DNA from: an uncultured SAR86 cluster bacterium
Lineage (GTDB): Bacteria > Pseudomonadota > Gammaproteobacteria > Magnimaribacterales > D2472
Length of the DNA: 64,000 bases
Reading direction: 5' to 3'
NCBI GenBank assembly: GCA_902591565.1
Contig: CACJBC010000001.1
Location: forward strand, 34,717-98,716
Part shown: positions 39,846 to 50,114 of the stretch, in pieces
Position numbering within the stretch: position 1 is the stretch's first letter
Layout of the letters: every line of letters begins with the position of its first letter
The notes under the pieces: generated by a model
Seen by the model: the letters and a program-made list of their open reading frames with translations, nothing else
Databases searched by the model: none
What the model was told of the DNA's origin: nothing
Translations under genes and position numbers: made by a program

Positions 39846-39893
39846 GTTTTTTTAAATTGATTATTTGTTGTATTGTAAAGTATTATCCAAAAC

Positions 39894-41999
39894 ATGGGTA
39901 ATTCACTAAAACAAAGCTTTGCAGTTCTTATACTCTTATTAAGCTGTTCAAATGAACCTGAAGAAATTTCATACCCAAATTCTCAAAAAATTGATTTCGT
40001 TGAAACTATTCATGGTTATGAAATTAAAGATCAATATAGATGGCTTGAAGATTTTACTAGTTCTGATTCGCAAGAGTGGGTAAAGAAACAAAATGATTTC
40101 ACAAAAAAATTTATAGATAAAAATAAATTTAAAAAATCAATTGCAAAAAATTTAAAGAAAACATGGGATACAGAATCAATCAGCATTCCATACAAAGTAA
40201 AAGAAAAAACATTCTATTACTTTAATGATGGATCATGGCAACAAAGCAAACTCATGATTAAAGATTGTGATGATTGTAAGCCAAGGGTTTTATTAGATCC
40301 AAACAAATTTTCTCAAGACGGAACTATATCACTAGGGGGAACTAGTGTTAGCAATGATGCGTCACTATTGGCTTATGCTATTTCAGATGGCGGTTCTGAT
40401 TGGAGAACTTGGAAAGTTCTTAACATTGAAACAGGTGAAGTTTTAACAGATACCATTCAATGGGCTAAATTCTCAAATGCTACATGGGAAAATGATGATT
40501 CTGGTTTTTATTATCAAAAATATGATGAACCAAAAAATGAATTGTTAAAAGACATTAATACTGCACCTAAACTAATGTTTCATGAGCTTGGTACAGCTCA
40601 GTCTGAAGATATTGTTATATATGAAAATCCTGACAAGCCAAGATGGGGATGGGGAATAAGTGTTGTTAATGAATCAGATATTAGATTTCTATCAATTTCA
40701 AATGGCACAGATGAAAGAAATAGGCTTTATGTTCAATTAAAAAAAAATGGCTCTTTTATACCATTAATTGATGAACTAATTGGGGCATATCAATATTTAG
40801 ACAGCAAAGATGATATTTTTTGGTTTTATTCCACTGAAAATGCAAAAAATGGGAAGGTGGTATCTCTAGAAATAAAAAATAACTCTTTTATTTGGAATGA
40901 TGTAATTCCAGAAGATTCAAACTCTATTAGAAGCGTTAATTTTATCAATAACTCAATTGCTGTTACTTACTTGGTTGATACATTTTCAGAGATTAAATTT
41001 TTTAATTTAAAAGGCTCATATATAAATAAATTAGCCCTTCCAACTAAAGGAAGCATTTCAGGATTTGGGGGTGAATTAGAAGATAGCACTACTTTCTTTT
41101 CATTTACTAACTTTGTTACACCAAGAAAAATATATGAAATTGATTTAAGTGATATGAGCACTAAAACTTTTTGGGAAGAATCACTAGATGATTACAATGC
41201 AGATCAGTATATTTCTGAATTTAAATTCTATCCGTCAAAAGATGGAACAATGATCCCAATTCATATCAGTTATAAAAAATCTCTTAATATTAATGAAAAT
41301 ACTCCTGTTTTAATCTATGGATACGGTGGTTTTAATATTTCTATCTTACCAAATTTCAGTAAAAGATTTTTATCTTGGATGAATCAAGATGGTGTTGTTG
41401 CAGTCGCAAACCTAAGAGGTGGTGGAGAATATGGAGACACTTGGCATGATAGTGGTAGGCTGTTTAATAAACAAAATGTGTTTGATGATTTTGCATATGC
41501 TGCAAAGTTTCTTCATAAAAATAAGATTGGCTCCTCTGCTACAACTGCAATTCAAGGGGGTTCAAACGGAGGTTTATTGGTTGCTGCAGCACTTCTTCAG
41601 AACCCTGGACTTTATAAGGTTGCGATACCTCAGGTTGGGGTATTAGATATGTTAAGGTTTCATAAATTTACAATTGGGTGGGCATGGGAGAGCGATTATG
41701 GATCTCCAGATAAAAAAGAAGAATTTAAAAATCTACTTTCATACTCACCTCTTCATAATATTAAAAAAGGCGAATGCTATCCAACAACACTTGTTACTAC
41801 AGCAGAAAGAGACGATAGAGTTGTTCCATCTCACTCATTTAAATTTGCTGCAAAGCTTCAAGAATATCAAGGATGCCAAAATCCAATTTTAATAAGAATT
41901 GAAGGAAGAGCTGGTCATGGTGCAGGCACACCAAAAGACAAACAAATAAATCAGATTGCTGAGATATATGGATATGCTTTGTCAGTGATTGATAATTAA
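39894..41999 (+). CDS. Prolyl oligopeptidase (S9A), lipoprotein/periplasmic
   Basis: Lipobox LLLSC, YRWLED N-terminal motif, beta-propeller, and a catalytic domain with GGSNGGLL (Ser nucleophile), ERDDRV (Asp) and GRAGHGAG (His). Confidence 0.9.
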   Translation: MGNSLKQSFAVLILLLSCSNEPEEISYPNSQKIDFVETIHGYEIKDQYRWLEDFTSSDSQEWVKKQNDFTKKFIDKNKFKKSIAKNLKKTWDTESISIPYKVKEKTFYYFNDGSWQQSKLMIKDCDDCKPRVLLDPNKFSQDGTISLGGTSVSNDASLLAYAISDGGSDWRTWKVLNIETGEVLTDTIQWAKFSNATWENDDSGFYYQKYDEPKNELLKDINTAPKLMFHELGTAQSEDIVIYENPDKPRWGWGISVVNESDIRFLSISNGTDERNRLYVQLKKNGSFIPLIDELIGAYQYLDSKDDIFWFYSTENAKNGKVVSLEIKNNSFIWNDVIPEDSNSIRSVNFINNSIAVTYLVDTFSEIKFFNLKGSYINKLALPTKGSISGFGGELEDSTTFFSFTNFVTPRKIYEIDLSDMSTKTFWEESLDDYNADQYISEFKFYPSKDGTMIPIHISYKKSLNINENTPVLIYGYGGFNISILPNFSKRFLSWMNQDGVVAVANLRGGGEYGDTWHDSGRLFNKQNVFDDFAYAAKFLHKNKIGSSATTAIQGGSNGGLLVAAALLQNPGLYKVAIPQVGVLDMLRFHKFTIGWAWESDYGSPDKKEEFKNLLSYSPLHNIKKGECYPTTLVTTAERDDRVVPSHSFKFAAKLQEYQGCQNPILIRIEGRAGHGAGTPKDKQINQIAEIYGYALSVIDN

Positions 42000-42451
42000 T
42001 TAATTGCTAATAATTCTATATCAAATATTAAAATTGAATTTGATGGTATCCCAGGCCTTCCCTCATCTCCATATGCCATACTTGAATCAATATATACTCT
42101 CCATTTATCATTGAGTTTCATCATTGAAATTATCTTTTGGCAGCCTTCAATTAGCCCGGACAATTGAACTGTTAAGGGCTCACCTAATTCAATAGAACTC
42201 CAAAAAACCGTTCCATCAATAAGAGTTCCGTGGAAATGAGCAGTTATAGTATCTGATAATTCTGGCGATTTTGAATTTTGGTCTCCAGCTTGTAAAACAG
42301 CATAATGCAAGCCCTTTTCAACAACATAAATACCTTCGTTACCTTGATTTTCAATGAAAAATTTTAAATTTTCTATTTGTTTTACATTAGGGCTATCTTG
42401 CACACAGCCAGTCAGAAAAAATACTATGGGTATAATTAATAATTTTTTCAT
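41996..42451 (-). CDS. FKBP-type peptidyl-prolyl cis-trans isomerase, lipoprotein
   Basis: Lipobox LTGC. HFHGTLIDGTVFWSS and IPSNSILIFDIELLAI match FKBP signatures (HYTGxLxDGxxFDSS; IPxNxxLxFxVELL). Confidence 0.75.
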   Translation of the reverse strand: MKKLLIIPIVFFLTGCVQDSPNVKQIENLKFFIENQGNEGIYVVEKGLHYAVLQAGDQNSKSPELSDTITAHFHGTLIDGTVFWSSIELGEPLTVQLSGLIEGCQKIISMMKLNDKWRVYIDSSMAYGDEGRPGIPSNSILIFDIELLAIN

Positions 42452-43641
42452 TAATTAATTTTTATATGAAGGAATTTTCTTTTACCAACTTGATAAACCG
42501 CTTCAGAACCTTTCTTAATTTCCAATTTAGTATCAGAGACTTTTTCCGAATCTATTTTTACCCCGCCTTGTTTAATTAATCTCATGGCCTCAGATGTGCT
42601 TGAGGTCATTTCAACAGTTTTCAACAAATTAGTTAAAAGAATAGTTTCATTTTCTATATCAATATTTACTTCTTTTATATCACTAGGCATTGCACCCTTT
42701 TGAAATCTTTCTAAGAATTTTTGTTTGCAATTACTTCCCTCACCTTTTTCATGAAATCTATCAACCAATTCTTCAGCAAGAATAAATTTTATATCTCTTG
42801 GGTTGGCGCCGTTATCAACCTCTTTCTTTAATATTGATATTTCATTTTCTGGTATAAAGCTTAGTAATTCAAACCATCTCCACATTAACTCATCTGAGAT
42901 AGACATAATTTTTCCGAACATTTCATCAGGCTGCTCATCAATTGCAATAAAGTTATTTAAAGATTTAGACATTTTATTAGTGCCATCAAGGCCCTCAAGT
43001 ATTGGAACAGTTAATACAACCTGAGGCTCTTGATCATAGGAGCGTTGCAATTCTCTTCCAACAAGAAGATTAAATTTTTGGTCAGTACCGCCACATTCAA
43101 TATCAGCTTTTAAAGCTACTGAATCATAGCCTTGCACCAAAGGATAAAGAAATTCATGAACAGCAATGCTTTGATTTGCGTTATAACGCTTATTAAAATC
43201 ATCCCTTTCTAACATTCTAGCTACATTATATTTTGATGCTAAGCTTATAAGACCAGCTGCACCAAGCTCATTGCACCATTCTGAATTAAAACGAACTTCA
43301 GTGAGATCTTTTTTTAGTATCTTAAAGACTTGTTTCTCATAAGTTTTAGCATTCTTTATTAATTCTTTCTTATCAAGAGTTGGCCTGGTTTTATTTTTAC
43401 CTGATGGATCTCCAATTTGGCCAGTAAAATCACCTATTAAAAAAATTACTTTATGGCCTAAATCTTGAAAATGTCTAAGCTTGTTGAGCAAAACTGTATG
43501 ACCAAGATGAAGGTCTGGGGCAGTAGGATCAAAACCAGCTTTTATAATAAGCTGTTTACCTGATTCTAATTTCTTTTTTAAATCAGATTCAGTTAATATC
43601 TCATCTGTTCCTCTCTTAATTATGGCTAGGTCATCTTGCAT
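42451..43641 (-). CDS. tyrS: Tyrosyl-tRNA synthetase (type 2)
   Basis: HIGH-type motif ([10 protein letters not shown]), KMSKS, and a C-terminal S4 domain ([14 protein letters not shown]). Confidence 0.9.
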   Translation of the reverse strand: MQDDLAIIKRGTDEILTESDLKKKLESGKQLIIKAGFDPTAPDLHLGHTVLLNKLRHFQDLGHKVIFLIGDFTGQIGDPSGKNKTRPTLDKKELIKNAKTYEKQVFKILKKDLTEVRFNSEWCNELGAAGLISLASKYNVARMLERDDFNKRYNANQSIAVHEFLYPLVQGYDSVALKADIECGGTDQKFNLLVGRELQRSYDQEPQVVLTVPILEGLDGTNKMSKSLNNFIAIDEQPDEMFGKIMSISDELMWRWFELLSFIPENEISILKKEVDNGANPRDIKFILAEELVDRFHEKGEGSNCKQKFLERFQKGAMPSDIKEVNIDIENETILLTNLLKTVEMTSSTSEAMRLIKQGGVKIDSEKVSDTKLEIKKGSEAVYQVGKRKFLHIKIN

Positions 43642-43661
43642 ATGCCTATGATAGTATTTTT

Positions 43662-43691
43662 CATCAATTAATAGAACATCAATTAATAGAA
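43662..43691. repeat. Perfect tandem duplication of a 15-bp unit (CATCAATTAATAGAA x2) in the tyrS/putA divergent intergenic region
   Basis: Both copies were checked base by base (43662-43676 and 43677-43691). Each contains the ATTAAT palindrome. Confidence 0.9.
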
Positions 43692-43734
43692 TGAGTAAGT
43701 TGCTACTTAATACATTAAGATTAAAATATTAATT

Positions 43735-46700
43735 ATGTCTTTGTCTGATAATAAATTTGTTTCTGAGTCAAAAATACTTCCTGTACTTATAAAAGAAACT
43801 GAATTCTTGGCTGATTCGATAATTTCTAAAAATGCGGAAAAGATAATTATTGCCTGCAGAGAAAATAAGAAGGAGCGAACAAAATTAGATGCATTTCTGA
43901 GCGAGTATGGCTTAGATAATCAAGAGGGTGTGGCCCTAATGTGTCTCGCTGAATCAATACTCAGAATTCCAGATAGCAAAACGAGAGATCTGATAATTTC
44001 AGAAAGATTGTCTGAAGGTAAATGGATTGATCATCTTAATAAAGCAGATAGTTTATTTGTAAATGCTTCTACATGGGGACTTTTACTCGCTGGAAAAGTT
44101 GTTAAAACTCCTCTTGAGTGGTCACAAAATCCAAATAAATTTTTAAGATCAATAGTTTCTAAATCAGGAGAGTTTCCCATAAGAAATGCAGTGATTGCAG
44201 CTATGCATATTCTTAGTCAAGAATTTGTTATGGGGCGTGATTTTAAAGATGTAAAAAAAATACCATACATAAATGAATCAATTTTTTCTTTCGATATGTT
44301 AGGAGAAGCGGCTCGAAATCAGGAACAAGCAGATATTTATTATGACTCATATGAGAATGCTATCTTAGAAGTTGGGAGGCTTAATGTAGCGAATAATAAA
44401 AATAATGGGGTTTCTATTAAGATCTCTGCTCTATGTCCAAGCTATGAGATGAGAAAATTTCATGAAATAAGATCGAATCTGTTACCTAAACTTATTGCTC
44501 TTACCGAGCTTGGTATGTCTAAGAATGTTGAAATCACTATTGATGCAGAAGAACAAGATCGGCTAGAGATAAGTCTTGAAATAATTAAAATTATTGCCCA
44601 ATCAAAAAAAATAAAAGATTGGACTGGCTTTGGACTGGCATTGCAGGCGTATGGCAAAAGATCCTTGCATGCTATAGATTGGATTAAAAATCTAACTGAA
44701 AGCCGAGCTTCAATGCATCTTAGGTTGGTAAAAGGTGCGTATTGGGATTACGAAATAAAACATGCTCAAGTCCATGGATATAGTGATTATCCAGTTTTTA
44801 CAAAAAAATCCATAACTGATCTTTCATATTTAGCCTGTGCCAAAAAAATATTTGAAATTAACTCAATATATCCAAAATTTGCTACCCATAATGCTCATAC
44901 ATTATCAGCAATAAATTACTTAGGAATAAATAAAAATTATGAATTTCAAAGACTTTTTGGCATGGGAGAACTTTTATATAAATGTGCAGAGGATGTACTA
45001 AACAGTAAACAAGAAACTTCTATTTATGCACCAATAGGACAATATAAGGATTTATTGCCTTATCTTGTTAGAAGGCTTTTAGAAAATGGTGCAAATAGCT
45101 CTTTCATTAATAGACTGCTTGATCCTCATACTGATGCAAAATGGTTAGCATCAGGACCAAATAAAAAAATTGAAAATGAAAGGAAAGATATTCCGCTTCC
45201 ATGTAACATATTCAGCAATAGAAAAAACTCAAAAGGAATAGATATATCTGAGATGGATAATCTTGATGCTATAAAAACTGAAATTAGTAAATTTAAAAAT
45301 CAGTCTGTTGATGCTGTGTCTATTTATCATAATAGAACAGATAAAGGAGCAAAAAATCATGATGTAGTATCTATTGCCGACGGAGCCTATATAGGAACTG
45401 TGGTATTTGACGATCCTTCTCTTGTAAAAAAATCACTTGAATCTAAAACTAATTTAAATTGGTCAAAAGCTAGTGCTAATAAAAGAGCTGAAATATTAAT
45501 AGCTATATCTAATAATCTAGAATCTAACCCCTATCAGTTAATTTATTATTTGATGCATGAAGCTGGTAAGACTATTCAAAATGCCATAGATGAGATTAGA
45601 GAAGCAGTAGATTTTCTAAGATATTACGCAAATCAAATGATTGACATAAAAGAAAAGGAAGGTGAGCTAGATGGTCCTACCGGGGAAGAAAACATTCTTT
45701 CTTACGCTGCAAAAGGACACATTATTTGTATAAGCCCTTGGAACTTTCCTGTTGCAATTCTCATTGGGCAAATTAGTGCTGCCCTGATAACTGGCAATAA
45801 AGTAACCGTAAAGCCCTCCGAACATACTTCAATTCTTGGCTATTTAGTAACAAATATATTTCATAAACATGGTGTGCCAATTGATGTACTGGAATTAATT
45901 TTAGGTGATGGTCATCATGGAAATGAATTATCAAAATTAAATAACATAAATGGGGTTGCTTTTACTGGGTCACTTAAAACAGCTAAGAAAATTCAAACTA
46001 ATTTAAATGAAAGCCAAAAAGAAATCTTACCCCTTATTGCAGAAACAGGTGGTATTAATGCAATGATTGTTGATTCAAGTGCCCTTCTTGAGCAAGCAAC
46101 TGATGATATTGTTAGATCAGCATTTGATAGCGCTGGTCAAAGATGTTCAGCCTTAAGAGTTTTGTGTATTCAAGATGATATTTATCATGATTTATTGAAA
46201 ATGATAAAAGGTAATATGCAAGAATTAAAAATTGGTAATCCTGAAGAATTAGATACTGATATTGGTCCTATAATTAATAAATCTGCTAAAGATAAGCTTG
46301 AAGAATACATAAAAAACAAAGCTAAGGAAGGGTTTAAAGTGTTCCAGGCAAATTCTGAACTCATGAAGCAACATATTTCACCAACAATCATTGAGATTAA
46401 TGCATTAAATGACATAGATGAAGAACAGTTTGGACCGATACTTCATGTCCTCAAATTTAAATCATCAGAAATTGAAAACTTAATTCAAGATATAAATAAT
46501 ACTGGCTATGGTCTGACTATGGGAATTCATACAAGAATTGAATCTAGAGCAGATTTATTTAGTCAAAAGTGTAATATCGGCAATGTTTATATAAATAGAG
46601 ATATTGTTGGAGCAGTTGTTGGATCTCAGCCCTTTGGAGGCTGTGGTCTATCTGGTAGTGGATTTAAAGCCGGTGGGCCAAACTATTTAATACAATTCTT

Positions 46701-46776
46701 AAATGAAAAAGTTGTGTCTAAAAACTCAGTTGCATTCGGGGGGAATGCAGAACTACTTAATATTCAAGAAGACTAA
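43735..46776 (+). CDS. putA: Bifunctional proline dehydrogenase / 1-pyrroline-5-carboxylate dehydrogenase (PutA without an RHH DNA-binding domain)
   Basis: 1013 aa. It has a PRODH TIM-barrel (VRLVKGAYWD, YLVRRLLENGANSSF) and an ALDH domain (FTGS, ETGGINA, catalytic GQRCSA). Confidence 0.9.
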   Translation: MSLSDNKFVSESKILPVLIKETEFLADSIISKNAEKIIIACRENKKERTKLDAFLSEYGLDNQEGVALMCLAESILRIPDSKTRDLIISERLSEGKWIDHLNKADSLFVNASTWGLLLAGKVVKTPLEWSQNPNKFLRSIVSKSGEFPIRNAVIAAMHILSQEFVMGRDFKDVKKIPYINESIFSFDMLGEAARNQEQADIYYDSYENAILEVGRLNVANNKNNGVSIKISALCPSYEMRKFHEIRSNLLPKLIALTELGMSKNVEITIDAEEQDRLEISLEIIKIIAQSKKIKDWTGFGLALQAYGKRSLHAIDWIKNLTESRASMHLRLVKGAYWDYEIKHAQVHGYSDYPVFTKKSITDLSYLACAKKIFEINSIYPKFATHNAHTLSAINYLGINKNYEFQRLFGMGELLYKCAEDVLNSKQETSIYAPIGQYKDLLPYLVRRLLENGANSSFINRLLDPHTDAKWLASGPNKKIENERKDIPLPCNIFSNRKNSKGIDISEMDNLDAIKTEISKFKNQSVDAVSIYHNRTDKGAKNHDVVSIADGAYIGTVVFDDPSLVKKSLESKTNLNWSKASANKRAEILIAISNNLESNPYQLIYYLMHEAGKTIQNAIDEIREAVDFLRYYANQMIDIKEKEGELDGPTGEENILSYAAKGHIICISPWNFPVAILIGQISAALITGNKVTVKPSEHTSILGYLVTNIFHKHGVPIDVLELILGDGHHGNELSKLNNINGVAFTGSLKTAKKIQTNLNESQKEILPLIAETGGINAMIVDSSALLEQATDDIVRSAFDSAGQRCSALRVLCIQDDIYHDLLKMIKGNMQELKIGNPEELDTDIGPIINKSAKDKLEEYIKNKAKEGFKVFQANSELMKQHISPTIIEINALNDIDEEQFGPILHVLKFKSSEIENLIQDINNTGYGLTMGIHTRIESRADLFSQKCNIGNVYINRDIVGAVVGSQPFGGCGLSGSGFKAGGPNYLIQFLNEKVVSKNSVAFGGNAELLNIQED

Positions 46777-48029
46777 TGGTTGGTTTTAAAAAAGTTCCTA
46801 CAAAGGCAGTTTTATCAATTTTCTTATTATCAATTATTTTGATCTTATTATTGTATGTTGATTTTTCAACAGATGAGTCTCTACCTGAAGAAATAATAGA
46901 AACAACAGAAAGCTTGGAAAAAACACCCACAGATGTCTTGAGTTACAAAATTCATAAAGTAAAAGATGGAGAAAACCTATCTATCATTTTTGAAGATTTT
47001 AATCTTCCCTTAAATACTGCATATAGAATTTTTAGATTAGATAACAAAAACTTGCTGTCAAAAATTAGACCTGGCGACATAATGAGATTTACCTATCTAG
47101 GAAATGAGATTACTAACATCGAGATAGGCAAGGATAGTATTAACTCTTTATTAATTGATTTAACAGACGGAATATCAATTAAAGAAATATCTAAAGAGGT
47201 TGAGTTAGTTCGATCATTCAAAAGCGGTATCATTAAAACTTCTTTCTATGAATCAGCTCTAGAGGCTGACATTCCTGATAGTGTGATAATGGATTTTGCC
47301 TATATTTTTGGTTGGGATGTTGATTTTGTATTCGATATAAGAGAAGGGGACTCTTTTTATCTTGTATATGAAACAGCATTTTCAAATGGAGAAAAAATTG
47401 AGAGTGGAGACATAGTTGTTGCAAAATTTATAAATAATGGAAATATCTATAAAGCTAATAGGTTTTTTACAAACGTAAATAAAAAAGAGTTTTTTGATGA
47501 TAATGGAAACAATCTTCAAAAAGCCTTTCTTCGGGCACCACTAGATTTTGCATATATAAGCTCTCATTTTAATCCCAATAGAATGCATCCAGTTCTTCAT
47601 ACAATAAGAGCTCATAATGGAACCGATTATGCAGCTAAAAGAGGATCTCCAGTTAGAACAACTGGAGATGGAACCATAAAATACTCTGGAAGAAGAAACG
47701 GTTGCGGTAATGAAATTGTTATTCAGCATACAAACGATTATTCAACTAGATACTGTCACCTAGATAAATTTCATTCCGGAATAAAAAAAGGTAAAAAAGT
47801 TTTTCAAGGTGAAACTATTGGTTATGTGGGTAGCACTGGTCTTGCTACTGGGCCACATCTTCACTACGAATTTAAAATAGGAAATAAACATATTGATCCA
47901 GTAAAACTTAAATTACCCTCAGCAGAGCCAATAAACATTAATCTAAAATCTGATTTTGATACACTTGTAGAAAACAACAAAATAATGATACAGAAACTAG
48001 AGTCTCTTTACCCAAATGAAGAATCATAA
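46776..48029 (+). CDS. M23 family murein DD-endopeptidase (MepM/YebA-like) with N-terminal anchor and LysM/OapA-like region
   Basis: HNGTDYAA ... GPHLHYEF zinc ligand motifs. YKIHKVKDGENLSIIF is a LysM-like segment. The start overlaps the putA stop (TAATG). Confidence 0.8.
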   Translation: MVGFKKVPTKAVLSIFLLSIILILLLYVDFSTDESLPEEIIETTESLEKTPTDVLSYKIHKVKDGENLSIIFEDFNLPLNTAYRIFRLDNKNLLSKIRPGDIMRFTYLGNEITNIEIGKDSINSLLIDLTDGISIKEISKEVELVRSFKSGIIKTSFYESALEADIPDSVIMDFAYIFGWDVDFVFDIREGDSFYLVYETAFSNGEKIESGDIVVAKFINNGNIYKANRFFTNVNKKEFFDDNGNNLQKAFLRAPLDFAYISSHFNPNRMHPVLHTIRAHNGTDYAAKRGSPVRTTGDGTIKYSGRRNGCGNEIVIQHTNDYSTRYCHLDKFHSGIKKGKKVFQGETIGYVGSTGLATGPHLHYEFKIGNKHIDPVKLKLPSAEPININLKSDFDTLVENNKIMIQKLESLYPNEES

Positions 48030-49119
48030 AAATATATATATTGGTGCGATGTCAGGAACTAGTCATGATGCAATTGATGTATCAATCTTAAAGATTGAAA
48101 AAAATTTTACTCTAGATTTCTTTCATTCAAAACGCATTCCAAACTCATTAAGAAACAGAATAAAAGATATTATGGAATCAGATAAAGTTACCCTTGATGA
48201 ACTTGGGCAGCTTAATAAGAAAATTGGGTATTTATTTGCTCAAGCTATCAATGAATCTATTGAGCAATCAAAATTAAAAAGGAACAAAGTTAAATGTGTT
48301 GCGATATCTGGTCAAACTATTAGGCATGATGTTGCAATAGCTAATCCATTTTCAATGCAGATTGGCGACCCTAATGTCGTCTGCCATGAGACCGGGCTGA
48401 CAACCATAAGTGATTTTAGAAATATGCATATCTCACTAGGAGGTGAAGGTGCTCCTCTGGTTCCTGAGTTTCATAATGAATTATTTCATTCACCTAGAAA
48501 ATCTAAAATAATTTTAAATGTAGGCGGCATAGCAAATTACTCATATGTAAAAAATAAAAATCATCTTTGGGGTTCAGATGTAGGCCCTGGCAACGCTCTT
48601 ATGGATGCCTATTGTCAAAAATATTTAAATAAACCATTTGATAAAGATGGAAAAATTGCATCAAAAGGTAAAGTTAATTCAAGAGAGCTTAGAAAACTTT
48701 TAATGCACAAATTTTTTAAACAAAAATTTCCTAAAAGTACTGGAAAAGAGTTATTTAATTTAAATTTACTGTCGAAGCAATTTCTAAAAGAATCTCCTGA
48801 AAATATATTAGCAACCCTTGTTGAATTCACTGCTTTGTCTGTAGATAAATCTATAAAGGCTAATAATCACACATTTGATGAATTTATAGTGTGTGGTGGC
48901 GGTGGAATAAATAAATTTTTAATTAAGAGATTAGCCGCAATACTTAATAATGAAGTTATATTGTCTAATGCTTATGGATATGACATTCAGGCAATTGAAT
49001 CTATGGCTTTTGCATGGATGGGATATAAAAGAATGAACAATCAAGTTATGAAAGTTCAATTAGGAAAAAATAAATTCAATAAAGGTTTGCTCGGTTCAAT
49101 AATTCAAGCTAAACCGTGA
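48016..49119 (+). CDS. anmK: Anhydro-N-acetylmuramic acid kinase
   Basis: IYIGAMSGTSHDAIDVSIL (E. coli FIGVMSGTSLDGVDVVL); the ASKHA fold has GGGGINKFL near the C-terminus. Confidence 0.85.
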   Translation: MKNHKNIYIGAMSGTSHDAIDVSILKIEKNFTLDFFHSKRIPNSLRNRIKDIMESDKVTLDELGQLNKKIGYLFAQAINESIEQSKLKRNKVKCVAISGQTIRHDVAIANPFSMQIGDPNVVCHETGLTTISDFRNMHISLGGEGAPLVPEFHNELFHSPRKSKIILNVGGIANYSYVKNKNHLWGSDVGPGNALMDAYCQKYLNKPFDKDGKIASKGKVNSRELRKLLMHKFFKQKFPKSTGKELFNLNLLSKQFLKESPENILATLVEFTALSVDKSIKANNHTFDEFIVCGGGGINKFLIKRLAAILNNEVILSNAYGYDIQAIESMAFAWMGYKRMNNQVMKVQLGKNKFNKGLLGSIIQAKP

Positions 49120-49444
49120 AAGACTCTCCACACCCACAAGTTGTTTTGGCATTAGGATTATTTATGACAAACTTGGCTCCGGATAGGTCCTCAACAAAAT
49201 CTAGGGTTGATCCGTATAAATATGGATAAGATAAAGAGTCTATTAATACCTTAAAACTGCCAAAATCAATTACGTCGTCGTCAAAAGCTTGGTCATCATC
49301 AAATTTAAAACCATACTGAAAACCTGAGCAGCCTCCTCCAGTAACATATACTCTAAACTGTGATGAATCATCTTTGCTTAATACGCTCATAATTCTCTCT
49401 GAGGCTGAGCTTGTGAGAGTTATTGAGCTATTGTTTTGATTCAT
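49109..49444 (-). CDS. erpA: A-type iron-sulfur cluster carrier (ErpA/IscA family)
   Basis: 111 aa with GGGCSGFQY and the C-terminal CGCGESF cysteine ligand pattern. Confidence 0.75.
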   Translation of the reverse strand: MNQNNSSITLTSSASERIMSVLSKDDSSQFRVYVTGGGCSGFQYGFKFDDDQAFDDDVIDFGSFKVLIDSLSYPYLYGSTLDFVEDLSGAKFVINNPNAKTTCGCGESFTV

Positions 49445-49540
49445 GCATGTATTATATCTAAAATTATGGCTAAATAATCTATCAAAGATTTAAATTGAAA
49501 AGATAAAGTATAATAATTTAAATACCAATTCAGTTATCTA

Positions 49541-50062
49541 ATGGAATCAACTCTTATTATTTACTCATCAACCGACGGCCAAACAAAAAATATTTGTTCA
49601 AGAATCGGTGAATTTTTGAGTAATGACATTCCTGCAAAAATAGTATCTTTGAGCGATGCTACAAAAGATGATATAGAAAAATATGATCGAGTGATTATTG
49701 GTGCAAGCATACGATATGGAAAACACAGAAAAGAACTCTTTGAATTTATAGAAATAAATCTTGATGAACTTACAAAAAAAAATAATGCTTTTTTCTCTGT
49801 AAATGTTGTAGCAAGAAAACCAGAAAAAAATACTCCAGAAACCAATCCGTATATGCAGAAATTTTTATTGAAAACCGCATGGGTACCGCAAAAACTAGCT
49901 GTCTTTGCAGGAAAAATTGACTATCCTAAATACAACTTTTTTGATAAACAAATGATCAGGTTTATTATGTGGGTTACAAAAGGTCCAACAAATATAAAAA
50001 ATACCTATGAATTTACTGATTGGAACAAAGTTGATTCTTTTGCTAAGGAGTTAATTTCATAA
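49541..50062 (+). CDS. hemG: Quinone-dependent protoporphyrinogen IX oxidase HemG (flavodoxin-like)
   Basis: LIIYSSTDGQTKNI, YDRVIIGASIRYGKH, and SVNVVARKPEKNTPETNPY parallel E. coli HemG (LILFSTRDGQT, YDRVVIGASIRYGHY, SVNLVARKPEKRTPQTNSY). Confidence 0.8.
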   Translation: MESTLIIYSSTDGQTKNICSRIGEFLSNDIPAKIVSLSDATKDDIEKYDRVIIGASIRYGKHRKELFEFIEINLDELTKKNNAFFSVNVVARKPEKNTPETNPYMQKFLLKTAWVPQKLAVFAGKIDYPKYNFFDKQMIRFIMWVTKGPTNIKNTYEFTDWNKVDSFAKELIS

Positions 50063-50114
50063 AAGAGTTATAATTGTTGATATCGTATAAAGCCTTTTAA
50101 CCTTTTAAATAATT

